From Octopus sinensis (taxonomy: Eukaryota), in contig NC_042997.1 in assembly GCF_006345805.1 (NCBI RefSeq), forward strand, positions 32,984,001-33,048,000: a DNA stretch of 64,000 bases. Direction: 5' to 3'. The position numbers and the translations under genes were made by a program. Numbering within the stretch: the stretch's first letter is position 1; every line of letters begins with the position of its first letter. Below the pieces are notes generated by a model. It did no database searches. It was not told where the DNA came from and worked only from the letters and a program-made list of their open reading frames with translations. Shown here piece by piece: positions 12,334 through 23,974 of the stretch.

Positions 12334-13979
12334 CTTATATGTTTCTATCTTCATCATCATTTGATATACACTTTCAGTACTGACACAAGTTAGATATAGA
12401 CGGATTATTACAGTCGAAGCCAGCCCTTATTTGGAGATACTGCCTATCTAAACAGATCAAAAGACTGGATCTCTCTTTTTGACTTGGTTTCTATAACTGG
12501 ATGCCCTTTCGAACACCAACCATTGGACAAGGTGTACAGAGTGTACTTTATTCACAATACCAACACCAGTAAGGTTTTGATATTCTTGACAATGCTAACG
12601 TATCCTCTTAATGTCACATTTTGCAGAGTTATTGAGCATGTCTTATCATGGCAGCAGGATTAAAAATGTAGCCATGTCTTTGACAAGACTAAAGAATCCT
12701 CTTGATCCCCATGTCCTAGCTCACTTGTTGACCACTTTATGGAATATCCTGAGGGGATTTATTGTCACCAACAATAATGGGTTTGACACATACCTAAAAG
12801 ATTTGAGAGTTCCAGCCACCTCTATTAAGTATTCATTCACTTAGGGGCTACATAACTGAAGAGATGAATATAAAAGTGACAAAGATGATGGGAGAAGAAT
12901 TGGGATGCATGGGAGAAGGAACAAGAGAATGTTGGCAGAAACTGAATGAATAGGATAAAAGGATGGTGGAAGAGGGGATAGAGGGATGGATAGATGTGGA
13001 TAAATGGTAGGTGTGAAGGAGGGATCTCTTACAAGTTAGATGGTGTATAAAGGGGGCGATGATTGAATTGCTTCAGGATGGGTGGTAAAAGTAGAGTGAT
13101 TGGAATGAAGGGGAGACAGGTAAAGTGTTGGAGCAAAGGGGTCAAATAGGTCCAGTGACATCTCTAGTTACACTGGGAGTATGATGTGGTGAGAAATAGA
13201 AATCTACCTTTCTTTGTCTCACCAACAGCTTAGTACAATGTGAGTGAAAAGATGGGGAAGGAATAGAAAAATGACAGAATGACAGGTGATGGAGACATGA
13301 TCATCAAAGGTATGAGCAATGTAAAGTATGAACAGAAGAGGCACGGAAAATAGAAAAATGAGTGATAGAGGTATGAATGAGAGGAATGAGTGATAGGAAC
13401 ATGGATGACAGAGGAATGAGTGATAGAGGTACGTGTTGTAAAGGCATGAAAGAGAGAAATGAATGAAAGGTGATAAGGGGGATGTATATTAAAGAGGTGA
13501 ACGACAGGGTTACTCAGTATTTTAAGGTATATACTGCAAGACATGATCAAGAGGATAGAGCAATGACAGAGGAGCCAGGATAAGTGGTTGAAAAGAGAAA
13601 AACTATATTTACAAACATTGTAAGAATTGGGTGATGACTTGTGGTATGCAGAATATTAGGAACAATAGGTCAGGTGTAGTCTTTTACACAAAGATCTCAA
13701 GCTGGATGAGAGAAGCTGAGAAATGAGGATGGTAGTAGGGGACAAAAAGTGACTGTATCACACATCAACCATCAATATAGGAACAGCACAAATAATAGAG
13801 ATACGTGTTAGAGATAAGAGTGACAAAGTTATAAGTTATATATGAGGGAAATGAGTGATAGGGAGACAAGACAGTATCAAGCTGTAGAAGCAGCAGTGGT
13901 AGACTCAATAGTACATATACATACATACAAATGCATGTATTATGCCACTCAGTCTATACCACTATCATCATATTTGTAA

Positions 13980-14377
13980 CTAGCAGTATCGCCCGGCGTT
14001 GCTCGGGTTTGTAAGGGAAATAACTATATAAGCATTTTTAGAGAGTTATAGCCAAAAAATAGCAAAAAAATGCATTAAAAATGGGAAAAAAATGATGGTA
14101 AATTTTTTTTTAAATCGTTGACTCATCGTAGACATTTTTAGAGAGTTACTTCCCTTATATTATAGCGAAAAAAAGCATTAAAATGTAAAAAGATTATGGT
14201 AAATTTTTTTTTAAATCGTAGACACATCGTAGACGTGCGCTAATACCCAGAAGGGCTCGATATGAATCACGACTATAAAATACCCGGTTTTGGTTAAACT
14301 GCACCGCAAAATGTGGGAGTAGTTAGGAATCTAAATCGTAGGAGACAGACACACAACTTCACTTTTATATATAAAGA
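13980..14377 (-). mobile_element. Non-autonomous Helitron, copy 2
   Basis: Near-identical to 10922-11314, with the same TC...CTAG termini and hairpin. Confidence 0.85.
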
Positions 14378-15639
14378 TTTTCAATTCGGCATGCTTGTAC
14401 TGCTGGTTGGGTCTTTTTCATGGTTGCATCTCCAGCAGAATTGTGAATTACCAACAACAAAATCCTTTGCTATCTCCTTTATGAGATGCAACATTTTGAG
14501 ATCAGTCTTCCCTACGTTATCCCAAATCTTTCGTGGTGTTTCTCAATCTGGCTCCCTTAAGTGTTCCCTATCTCTCATCTTCCTAACACTCATCCCTTCA
14601 TCACTCTTCTAAGTATGACACTATTCAGCTGCTGTAATCTTATGTAAGCAGGATTTGCACATATTTCATCCTCTTTAGTGCTACCAGCTACCTCCTTTCA
14701 ACATCTGTCCCTCATTTTCAATCTCCAGCTCCATCTCTTTCTATCTTTGTCTGTCTCTCTGATTCTATCTCACCTTCCTCTCCTTACTTTTCCTACAGGG
14801 GTAGTCAAGTATCTCTTCTATAGTACAACTGAAGGGTCTTTGTCTTTCAAGTTATTTGACAACACCACTGGTGCTGGTGTCACATAAAAGGCACCTAGTA
14901 CACTCTGTAAAGTGGTTGGCATTAGGAAGGGCATCCAAACATAGAAACCATGGCAGAACAGAAAACAGAGCATGGTGTGGCTCCAAGCATTGCCAGCCTG
15001 TACCAGCATGAAAGATGGATGTTAAATAATGATGATCTCTTCCACATTTTTGTTTACTGATTTCTCCCTTTCAGTGCTACTAGTTATCTCTTACTCTCCT
15101 TTGAGTTACATCTTAAGACTACCATAACTCATCTTCAATATTCTCCCATATCTGCTACCATTCTAAATAGAAGACACTTGCTCAAGGTGCCACACAGCAG
15201 CTGGGAAGCAAACTTCTTACACACAACCACACATGTGCCTTACATATAAAACATCATCATTGAGATTTTATGTTTGCTTTCCATACAGACATTGGTTGGA
15301 CAGCTTGTCACGGTCCAAGCCAGTGCTTATTTGAAATTATTGCTTACCTAGATGTTTTGTGGACCATGTCTCTTCTGTTTAATTTTTTACTTAGTTTTTA
15401 TGCTGGATGCATAACACTGACTTTACAGTGTTTATTGAGTGCATTATATCATTGCACAAGATGTAGACGGGTTGTCCCCAGCAAGCCAAAAATTTCCTGG
15501 CATTTTTGCATTGTCTCTGTTCAATTATCAACCACTTCACACAACGACAGGCTGTATTTTATCTTGGCACTAGCACTAGTAAGGTTGGCCTGTGTTATGT
15601 AAGGCTAGTGTCCTCACTACTCAATGCTAAGTTCACACC

Positions 15640-16175
15640 TTCAAGGTAAAGACTCCCTTTGGTCATGAATGACCATGGGATTGCACCTAGAAAATTCCCC
15701 TCTGAAGCACAAATCCAGGCAAGGTTGTTTGACCCTTTCGTTACTGTATTTATTTTGAAATGCTCTGTTTCTTTCAATTACTTTTATTATAACAAAGAAT
15801 TTAGTAAAATAACTTAGTTGTCATTCAGCTAGTGTTAGGAACATAAATTGTGACTAAGGTTTGGTGGAAGATTTTAATTCAAAACTTATGAAAACTAGAC
15901 ATTTGTACTCAGAGCCAGAGCCGGGTTGGTAACGAAAGGGTTAAGGAAGACTAGCAGCCTCTCCTGTCCAAACCACTGATGTTATCCAAGGGAAAATAAA
16001 AAGCTGATACAGTTTGGTAACAGTGATGTCGCAACTCATTTTTTCTACAGCTGAGTGAATGGGAGCAACATGAAATGAAGTGTGGTGCTTAAGGACACAA
16101 TGCACAGCCCAGTCCAAAAATCAAACTCACTACCTCATGATTAGGAGCCTGACGCTCTAACCACTGAGCCATGCA
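15640..16175 (-). mobile_element. tRNA-derived SINE family E, interrupted by a MITE
   Basis: Head reverse complement tggctcagtggttagagcgtcaggctcc...ggtagtgagtttgatt. Body continues across the MITE at 15733-15940. Confidence 0.65.
15733..15940. mobile_element. piggyBac-like MITE family 1
   Basis: TIRs ccctttcgttac / gtaacgaaaggg. Flanks ttga (mutated) and ttaa. Confidence 0.85.
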
Positions 16176-16606
16176 TGGGTGAAGGTTGCAAGAGTGTGTG
16201 AGGAGGAGTGAGTGATTGATGAAAATACCAGGTGAGATGGTCAATGGTAAATAGGTGTGGAAGTAGTCAAAGGTAAGATTCAGAAATGGATGTCAAAAGA
16301 AAGCATCTCAGGGGAGATGGAATGATGGCTAGCAATACAAAAAGAAGTTATATGCAGTAATGTGATTTGCCTTCATTAAATACAGGGGCAGAATAAAACA
16401 GAAAATAGAGGAGAGAGTGAGAGGGGTGAGGCTGAATGGTGGGTACAACGATGAATGGTTAAGGGATAAGTGATAGGGAGATGAGGAAGTATCAAAGATA
16501 GTGATGGTGGGGTAAACATAGACTTCACAGATTCAGATGTGTGCATATATATAAAGACTTAGAGTGAGTTTGGTAGATGGAAACCGAAAAAACCTTTTCA
16601 TATATA

Positions 16607-17070
16607 TATCATCATCATCATCGTTTAACGTCCGTTTTCTGTGCTAGCATGGGTTGGACGGTTTGACCAGGGTCTGGGAAGCCAGGAGGTTGCACTAGGC
16701 TCTAGTCTGATCTGGCAGTGTTTCTACAGCTGGATGCCTTTCCTAACACCAACCACTCTGTGAGTGTAGTGGGGGCCTTTTATGTGCCAGGGGAGGCTGG
16801 CAGCTGCCACAATCGGTTGGTGCCTTTTACGTGCCACCGGCACAGAAGCCAGTCGAGGCGGTGCTGGTATTGGCCATGTACGGATGGTGCTTTTTACGTG
16901 CCACCGGCATAGGTATCACAACTACAATTTCCATTTGATATTTATTTTGATGTTGATGTACTTGACTCAATATGTCTCCTCAAGCACAGCAGGTCACGTG
17001 CCACCGGCACAGAAGCCAGTCAAGGCAGCGCTGGCATCGGCCACGTTCGGATGGTGCTTTTTACGTGATC
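16607..17070 (-). mobile_element. RTE LINE 3' UTR fragment(s)
   Basis: (CAT)n tail complement plus gtgccaccggcac modules. Confidence 0.8.
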
Positions 17071-17499
17071 ATCATTATTATTCATCATCTTCAATGTCCA
17101 CTGTTCCAAGCTTGCATGAGTCACATGAAATTTGTTGATGCAGATTTTCTATGGTTAAATATCATTCCTGTTGCCAACCCTCACCTGTTTTTAGGTAAGG
17201 TAATATTTCCCCATGGCCAGATGTGTTTTACATGGGAGACTGGGAACAAATAGCATTGCTTATATGATAGTGATACTCTTTTACAACCATCACATGATGT
17301 TAAAACAGGGATACACACGAACACATACATGGATTTCATAATACTAAAATATCCATAAAAACAGCAACAACAATTTGGAAAAGCTACTCCAATCATTTAT
17401 AATAGATAGATTATATAAAAACAGTAATGTTCATATGTGGAAGATGCACAGGATCAATAAAAACTACATGGACTCAAGAAATTGATTCTCTGAAATACT

Positions 17500-18705
17500 C
17501 TGGTGGCTTATTAGATGTAGTAGGGACCAAATTAGTAGTAGGTGGGGAGGATGCATGGAGAGTGTAAAAGCTAGAATAAGAATAGGATGGAGGAAATCAG
17601 TAAAACTTTTACCTCTTTTGGCCACAAAAGGTTTCTCCCACTGAGTGAAAGGCAGATTGTATGATGCAATTATATGATAGCAATTCTACATGGTAGTAAG
17701 ATATAGGTCTTCAATGCAGAAGACATGAGAAGATTAGAGAAGAATGAGGTTAGTATGCTCTGCTGGATGTGTAATGTAAGTGTACAAATTTGACAGAGTG
17801 CTTGGGTAATGACAGAGAAGTTAGGTGTAAGAGGAATTAGATACTGTGTGCAAGAGAGAAGACTGCACTGATTTGGTCGTGTGATGCAGATGGATGCTGA
17901 CAGTTCTATAAAATGCTGATCTTTTAAAGTAAATGGAACACGTGGAAGAGGGAAACTCAGGAAGACATGGGACAAAGTACTGAAGGACAACCTCAGGACA
18001 CTGGACCTTTTAGATGAGATGACAAAGGACCGAGTAGCCTGGCGCCTTGATGTACTCAAGAAAACTTGTACTCCACAGCAGAACTGTTAAGGCCGTACCC
18101 ACTGGTGAAAAGGATTGACTTGCAAGAGTCCTGTGCTGGTGTTACATGGGATGGAAGCACTCCGTCGGTTACGACGACGAGAATTCCGGTTGATCCGAAT
18201 CAATGGAACAGCCTGCTTGTGAAATTAACGTGTAAGTGGCTGAGCACTCCACAGACACGTGTACCCTTAACGTAGTTCTCGGGGATATTCAGCGTGACAC
18301 AGAGAGTGACAAGGCCGGCCCTTTGAAATACAGGTACAACAAAAACAGGAAGTAAGAGTGAGAGAAAGTTGTGGTGAAAGAGTGCAGCAGGGATCACCAC
18401 CATCCCCTGCCGGAGCCTCGTGGAGCTTTTAGGTGTTTTCACTCAATAAACAGAATAAACACTCACAACGCCCGGTCTGGGAATCGAAACCGCGATCCTA
18501 CGACCACGAGTCCGCTGCCCTAACCACTGGGCCATTGCGCCTCCACTCTGGTGTCACATAAATACACCTAGCACACTCTGTAAAGTGGTTGGCATCAGGA
18601 AAGGCATCCAACCATAGAGACCATGCTAAATCAGACTGGTGCAGCTCCTCAGCTGGCCAAACTGTGCAACCCATGCCAGTATGGGCAACAGGTGTTAAAT
18701 GATGT
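17500..18705 (+). mobile_element. Decayed RTE-clade LINE 3' end, interrupted by SINE D
   Basis: LGDQISS, ARIRIGW, VKGRLYDA, VQERRLH*FGRV and GRGKLRKTWDKVLKDNL motifs, then 3' UTR ggttggcatcaggaaaggcatcc. Confidence 0.8.
18148..18547 (-). mobile_element. Young tRNA-derived SINE family D
   Basis: Head gtggaggcgcaatggcccagtggttagggcagcggactcg...ggtttcgattccc, CpG-rich. 12-bp TSD ctggtgt(t/c)acat at 18136-47 and 18548-59. Confidence 0.85.
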
Positions 18706-19068
18706 TATATTTTACTTGAAATTACAAAATGAAATTAGTGTTCTTTATAATGGGTCATGAATTTTTTTTTTTTTTGGTCAACTTGTAATTTTATTCACTA
18801 ATAAGTGGTTGGGAAACTAGCTAAATATTTTAATATTTCACTTCAAACTGCAAACCTGTTGCAACCAAATCACAGCAATAAAATGAGGTAGATAATGAAT
18901 TTATAGATCTGGAAATTTCAAAACAGCTGAGGAAACCAAACTTTTGATGAAAATCAAAGAATTTGGTTATTAGCAATTCCAAAAGGAAATGGCTTACAGT
19001 AAATCTTCTAAATTTTCAATCATTTATTGAGTTTGATGTTTATTAAATTCCCCATATATATAATCTAG

Positions 19069-19218
19069 TTGTGTGGTAAGTAGCTTGTTTACCAACCACA
19101 TGGTTCCGGGTTCAGTCCTACTGCGTGGCACCTTGGGCAAGTGTCTTCTACTATAGCCTTGGGCTGACCAAAGCCTTGTGAGTGGATTTGGTAGACGGAA
19201 ACTGAAAGAAGCCTGTCG

Positions 19219-19249
<31 letters not shown>

Positions 19250-19449
19250 CTGTGTTTGTCCCCCTAGCATTGCTTGACGACCGATGCTGGTGTGTTTATG
19301 TCCCCGTAACTTAGCGGTTCGGCAAAAGAGACCGATAGAATAAGTACTGGGCTTACAAAGAATAAGTCCCGGGGTCGATTTGCTCGACTAAAGGCGGTGC
19401 TCCAGTATGGCCGCAGTCAAATGACTGAAACAAGTAAAAGAGTAAAGAG
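19069..19449 (+). mobile_element. SINE family A
   Basis: Near full-length match to other copies. Confidence 0.88.
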
Positions 19450-20888
19450 TTATAGACATAAATAGTATAACAAAACTGACTCAAGTAACATTTATTATTA
19501 AGATGGTATAAAGACCATAGGTAGCTTTCCAAACAGTTGGGGATCTTTATAAATTTACATGAGTTCCAGTTGATGTTGCAAATACTGTGTCAGTATTTCA
19601 GTAAGTCATCAATAGAAATAATCTTAAAAGTACCTACACAGCATCATCATTTTAATGTCCACTTTACCATACTTGCATAGGTAAGATAGAGATTTACTAC
19701 AGCCAGAAGCCATTCCTGTTACTAACATTCAACTATCTCCTCATTGGTAAACTAGGAACAAAGAACACTACTTGTGTGATGGTGACATTTGTCTTATGAC
19801 CATCACCTGACACCAAGACAGGAGTACACACTTTAAACAGTCGCACCAGATTAAAGTGATAATGTTACATTATTGTAAGGTGGCACGTCTCTGACATTTT
19901 CCAGTTCCTTAATTCTAAAAAATAAAATTAAATACATAAATTTATATAGTCAAAAATTAAGTTTATGCAGTTATAGAAATTGCAAGAGAATGGAAATATT
20001 TCAAATGAAACATTTAGTGATAGATCAAAGGTTCGATTCATTCAAGTTTGCCATTAAAATATTAAGGCAGGGGAAATCTGATGCTGTCAATCTTCTCCCT
20101 TCTCGTACACCATAAAATATAGAGCTGTTTCTAAAAGTCTTGCAGTTAATCATGTGATTGATACTTTTATTTCTTAGAGAAATCGATAGTAAATTTGTAA
20201 TCAGTGAAGAGTTGTTGATAACTGAACCATTAAAAAAACCACAACTGACCAAAATTTCTAAGACAATGTTAAAGACGGCTTCGATGAATCTGGTTTGTGT
20301 TCGAATAAGTTGGTAAGCATTAACAGAAATAGTATCTTCATTTATAAGAAAACATGGTATCCTCATGAAATCAGGACAAAACAGGATTTGAACTCAAAAC
20401 GCAAAGAACCAGAACAAATACTGCAAAGATACAGTTCGACTTTCTTACAGTGCCCTCTCCCCCAATCCACTGTTTTGGAATGGTGCCTTTTATTTTTGAT
20501 CGACCAGAAGAGGACTTAAGGCTAATCTTACCTCGGTGACATTTCAATTCAGGGTTTCTGAAGAAATACCACGAAACATTCTATCCGACACTCTAACGAC
20601 TCTACCAGTGTAAAATTAAATTCTATTTAAGTAATTTAAGTTTATCGTTATTATTTTTCCTTTTTCGATGTTTATGAGCGCGCACATACGTATTAATTAT
20701 ACATTTTTTAACGTTTGGAAATGTATAGATCGGAAATATAGAACTCTTAGCTAAAAAAAAAAAAAAGCGATAAAATACATTTCTCAGGCTTAAGATATTT
20801 TCCCGCCAGGGTAAACATTGCACTTCTTGTCAACATGACAATTGTTCGATGTATAGACATAGAATAGACAAAATTAATATATGTAGAG

Positions 20889-21089
20889 CAGTGCTTTTCA
20901 AACTTTTTGCTGGAGCGGAACCCCAAGGAAACATTCCACTCGCTCGAGGAACCCCTGTGCAATAATTTAATAGTCTTATGCACACATATCTGCACAGGAG
21001 AATTAAAAATTACTGCCGATTTTAGCAGTTTTGTAACTTCTTGCGGAACCCCTGGACTGTACTGGCGGAACCCTGGTTGAAAACCACTG
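20889..21089. mobile_element. hAT-type MITE (201 bp)
   Basis: TIRs cagtgcttttcaa / ttgaaaaccactg. Perfect 8-bp TSD atgtagag at 20881-88 and 21090-97. Confidence 0.9.
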
Positions 21090-21939
21090 ATGTAGAGTAT
21101 CCACAGAATGCCAAAAAACCCCCCAAAATAATGCCTTCAAATGTAACAGAAATAATCGAGTTCAGTTTTTTTAATAATATTTAATAATTCAACTAATTCT
21201 AATACATTAAAAGGTATCTCTAAGCCTACAATAGTCTTAAAAAACGTTGGAATTCGAAATAAGTAGGTTGCTCAAAATAACTGCGAATAAATTGGATGAG
21301 AAGCAAGAAAAATTAAAGGTAACGCAAAATGCCTATGCTTTTATCTTATACCTCCGAAATTCCAAGGAGGTGAATATCAACTAACAGCAAAGTGCGAAGT
21401 CTGTTACACCTAATTCTAAGTAATTTCACCAGTATTTAAGCTATAAAAACTTGTTTTCATCGTTAATTGCAAAAATTTGTTCTAAAACCGCGTATAAAGC
21501 ATATAAATTTAATTCAGCAAGCTATAAATATGTATTCGCAACCTTTGGAGATGACCAGAATAAATAAATAAAAAAATTAACTCTAAAAGTGCAAGAGATT
21601 CTGCCAAAGTTCAAGTGCACTTCTAGATAAATATATGCATTAGCGCAAAACTCGTGACGTAGTAAGCAGTCAATGAACGTCACCTTAGAAAAACATAAAA
21701 ATAAGAAAAATATAATTTAAAATAATGATATAAGAAAGTGTTTTAAATGAGAATAGATTTAAAATAATAATTGAATATAACATCGCAGGAGCTTCAAGGA
21801 AGGCAACGATCGCTTGTATCACCCCTGGTGTTTGACTGAATGACATTGGAAAATACATATGCACACATTTGCCATAATATAGGACGGCTTCGTATTAAAT
21901 TACATGTGCACTGACATAGTTTCATTCGTCTTTTCCCTC

Positions 21940-22510
21940 TTCTGTTTCCCTCCCTCACTCAACATATATCTTTCTTTCTTTCTCTCTCTTCTGCTTCCCT
22001 CCCTCACATAACACATTTCTTTCTTTCTTTTTTCTCTATCTTCTGCTTCCCTCCCTCACTCAACACATATCTTTCTTTCTCTCTCTCTGCTGCTTCCCTC
22101 CCTCACTCAACACATATCTTTCTTTCTCTCTCTCTCTCTCTTCTGCTTCCCTCCCTCACATAACACATATCTTTCTTTCTTTCTCTCTCTCCTGCCTCCC
22201 TCCCTCACTCAACACATATCTTTCTTTCTTTCTCTCACTTAACACATATCTTTCTCTCTCTCTCTCTCTTCTGCTTCCCTCCCTCACATAACACATATCT
22301 TTCTTTCTCTCTCTTCTGCTTCCCTCCCTCACTCAACACATATCTTTCTTTCTTTCTCTCTCTTTTGCTTCCTTCCCTCACTTAACACATATCTTTCTTT
22401 CTCTCTCTTCTGCTTCCTTCCCTCACTTAATACATCTTTCTTTCTCTCTCTCTCTCTCCTACTTTCTTCCCTCACTTAACACATACCTTTCTTTTCTCTC
22501 TCTCTCTCTT
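21940..22510. repeat. Polypyrimidine minisatellite, ~12 units of ~45-50 bp (ttctgcttccctccctcactcaacacatatctttctttctctc)
   Basis: Direct inspection. Units vary mainly in (CT)n/(CTTT)n length. Confidence 0.92.
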
Positions 22511-22549
22511 CACATACACAAGCACTTATACACGCATACATATAACTAC

Positions 22550-22784
22550 ATAAATACATGCGCACTTTAGTACATACATATACACACGCATTGACCTTCA
22601 TATCATTCAGAACGAGGCTTGTTCTTTACTAATGTGTTAGATTGTATAATGTCGCTCTTTCGTACACGTGTAGTTCATGTATAATTCGACACAGCGCTGT
22701 CTCGGTTTTTACCACTAATTAATAACCGCAGTATATATAAATATATACTTTGTTAAGTATCTCTGATACAAGAAGAAAACAAAG
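22550..22784 (+). promoter_or_regulatory. Putative AIFM1 proximal promoter / 5' UTR
   Basis: CpG-retaining. tacacgtgta E-box palindrome at 22663-72, catgcgca NRF1-like half site at ~22557-64, TA-rich box at ~22733-47. TSS not determinable. Confidence 0.35.
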
Positions 22785-23974
22785 ATGTATCGCTGTGTCG
22801 TCAGTTCTTGTCAAGGCAGGGTTCCTTTGCGGCGATTTTACGGTACAGGTTGCCATCTTCGACCTTCCCTATCGAAACAACCGTCCTCTACTTTTTTAAG
22901 GAATTTACGAAATAATGAACTACTTGGTGTTTGTCCTCAGGAAAATGCTTCTACTGCCAATATGACACTTGCTCGATGTATGTCTGGACATGGACACAAA
23001 ACGGATAAAGAAATCGATGTGCAACAGAAGAGTAGGATGGATGATCTACCTGTACCTCAGGGATCCTGGCAGGAATCATTCCATAACCTTAACCGCTCAA
23101 ACAACATCTTCTTAGCCGTAAGTTCCGCTTTTTTCGTGGTTACAGGGTTTACAATGTACAAGATGAATTGTTTCAAATGGAATTCAGGCCCGGACATTAA
23201 ATCTATTCCAATAAAGCCAGAAGCAATTGGTCTTGGTGCCGGTACTGCAGCCACTGTTGATAGCGCTGAAGCTGTTGTTGAAGAAAGTTCCGTTGGACCA
23301 GATTTGGATGTTGTTCCAGCAGAAGAACCGGTTACACCAACCCCTACTGCTGAAGAACCGGTCGCACCCACCCCTGCTGCAGAAGAACCGGTCGCAGAAG
23401 AATCGGCTGCACCTGCTGCCGAAGAACCAGCTGCACCTACCCCTGTGGCCGAAGAACCGGCTGCACCTACCCCTGTGGCCGAAGAACCGGCTGCACCTAC
23501 CCCTGTGGCCGAAGAACCGGCTGCACCTGCTGCCGAAGAACCAGCTGCACCTGCCCCTGTGGCCGAAGAACCGGCTGCACCTGCCCCTGTTGCCGAAGAA
23601 CCGGCTGCCCCTGCGGCCGAAGAACCGGTTGCACCTGCCCCTGCTGAAGAACCAGCTGCACCACCTCCCCCAGAAGACACACCACCACCACCTCCCCCAG
23701 AAGACACACCACCACCACCTCCCCCAGAAGACACACCACCTCCACCTCCCCCTGAAGAGACACCACCTCCACCTGCAGAAGACACTCCATCATCGCCACC
23801 AACTACAGCTGCCGAGCCAGAAACTCCGAAAGTTGAGGCTACCACCAGAACAGCCGAAAATGTTGCACCCGAATCGAAAGCGACTTCAATCGATTGGTCT
23901 CAAGTGCCCGCTATCCCTGCACACGTCCCTTATTTATTAATTGGGGCTGGTACTGCTTCATTTGCAGCATTTAG
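22785..23974 (+). CDS. AIFM1: AIFM1 exon 1: mitochondrial presequence, COX7B-like TM domain, acidic Pro-rich linker, start of FAD-binding domain
   Basis: Arg-rich acid-poor N-terminus. Ends PAHVPYLLIGAGTASFAAF-AG|GTATGG (phase 2). 1190 nt. Confidence 0.93.
23037..23192 (+). other. Deltameth_res/Prag01-type (COX7B-like) domain within exon 1, aa 85-136, TM ~aa 108-125
   Basis: MDDLPVPQGSWQESFHNLNRSNNIFLAVSSAFFVVTGFTMYKMNCFKWNSGP. The M-x-D-L-P-V-P-x-G-x-W signature, single TM and W-N-x-x-P end are recalled from this family. Confidence 0.8.
23319..23800 (+). repeat. Coding minisatellite: AEEPAAPTPV-type (24-30 nt) repeats, then PEDTPPPPP-type (27 nt) repeats
   Basis: gccgaagaaccggctgcacctacccctgtg and ccagaagacacaccaccaccacctccc arrays, all frame-preserving. 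Confidence 0.95.

Noticed and set aside
18470-18547. tRNA gene
   Set aside because: tRNA-like A/B boxes are present, but the anticodon stem does not pair and the sequence continues into a SINE body with a TSD. The same applies to the family A, B and E heads.
23118-23123. Perfect GTAAGT donor inside the COX7B-like TM coding sequence
   Set aside because: Phase 0, so splicing to exon 2 gives a stop after 5 codons. Poor exonic context (GCC). Treated as cryptic.
23057-23940. Long overlapping ORFs (23057-23845 minus, 23227-23940 plus, 23497-23802 minus)
   Set aside because: Shadow frames of the stop-poor GC-rich coding repeat in AIFM1 exon 1, with no independent evidence.
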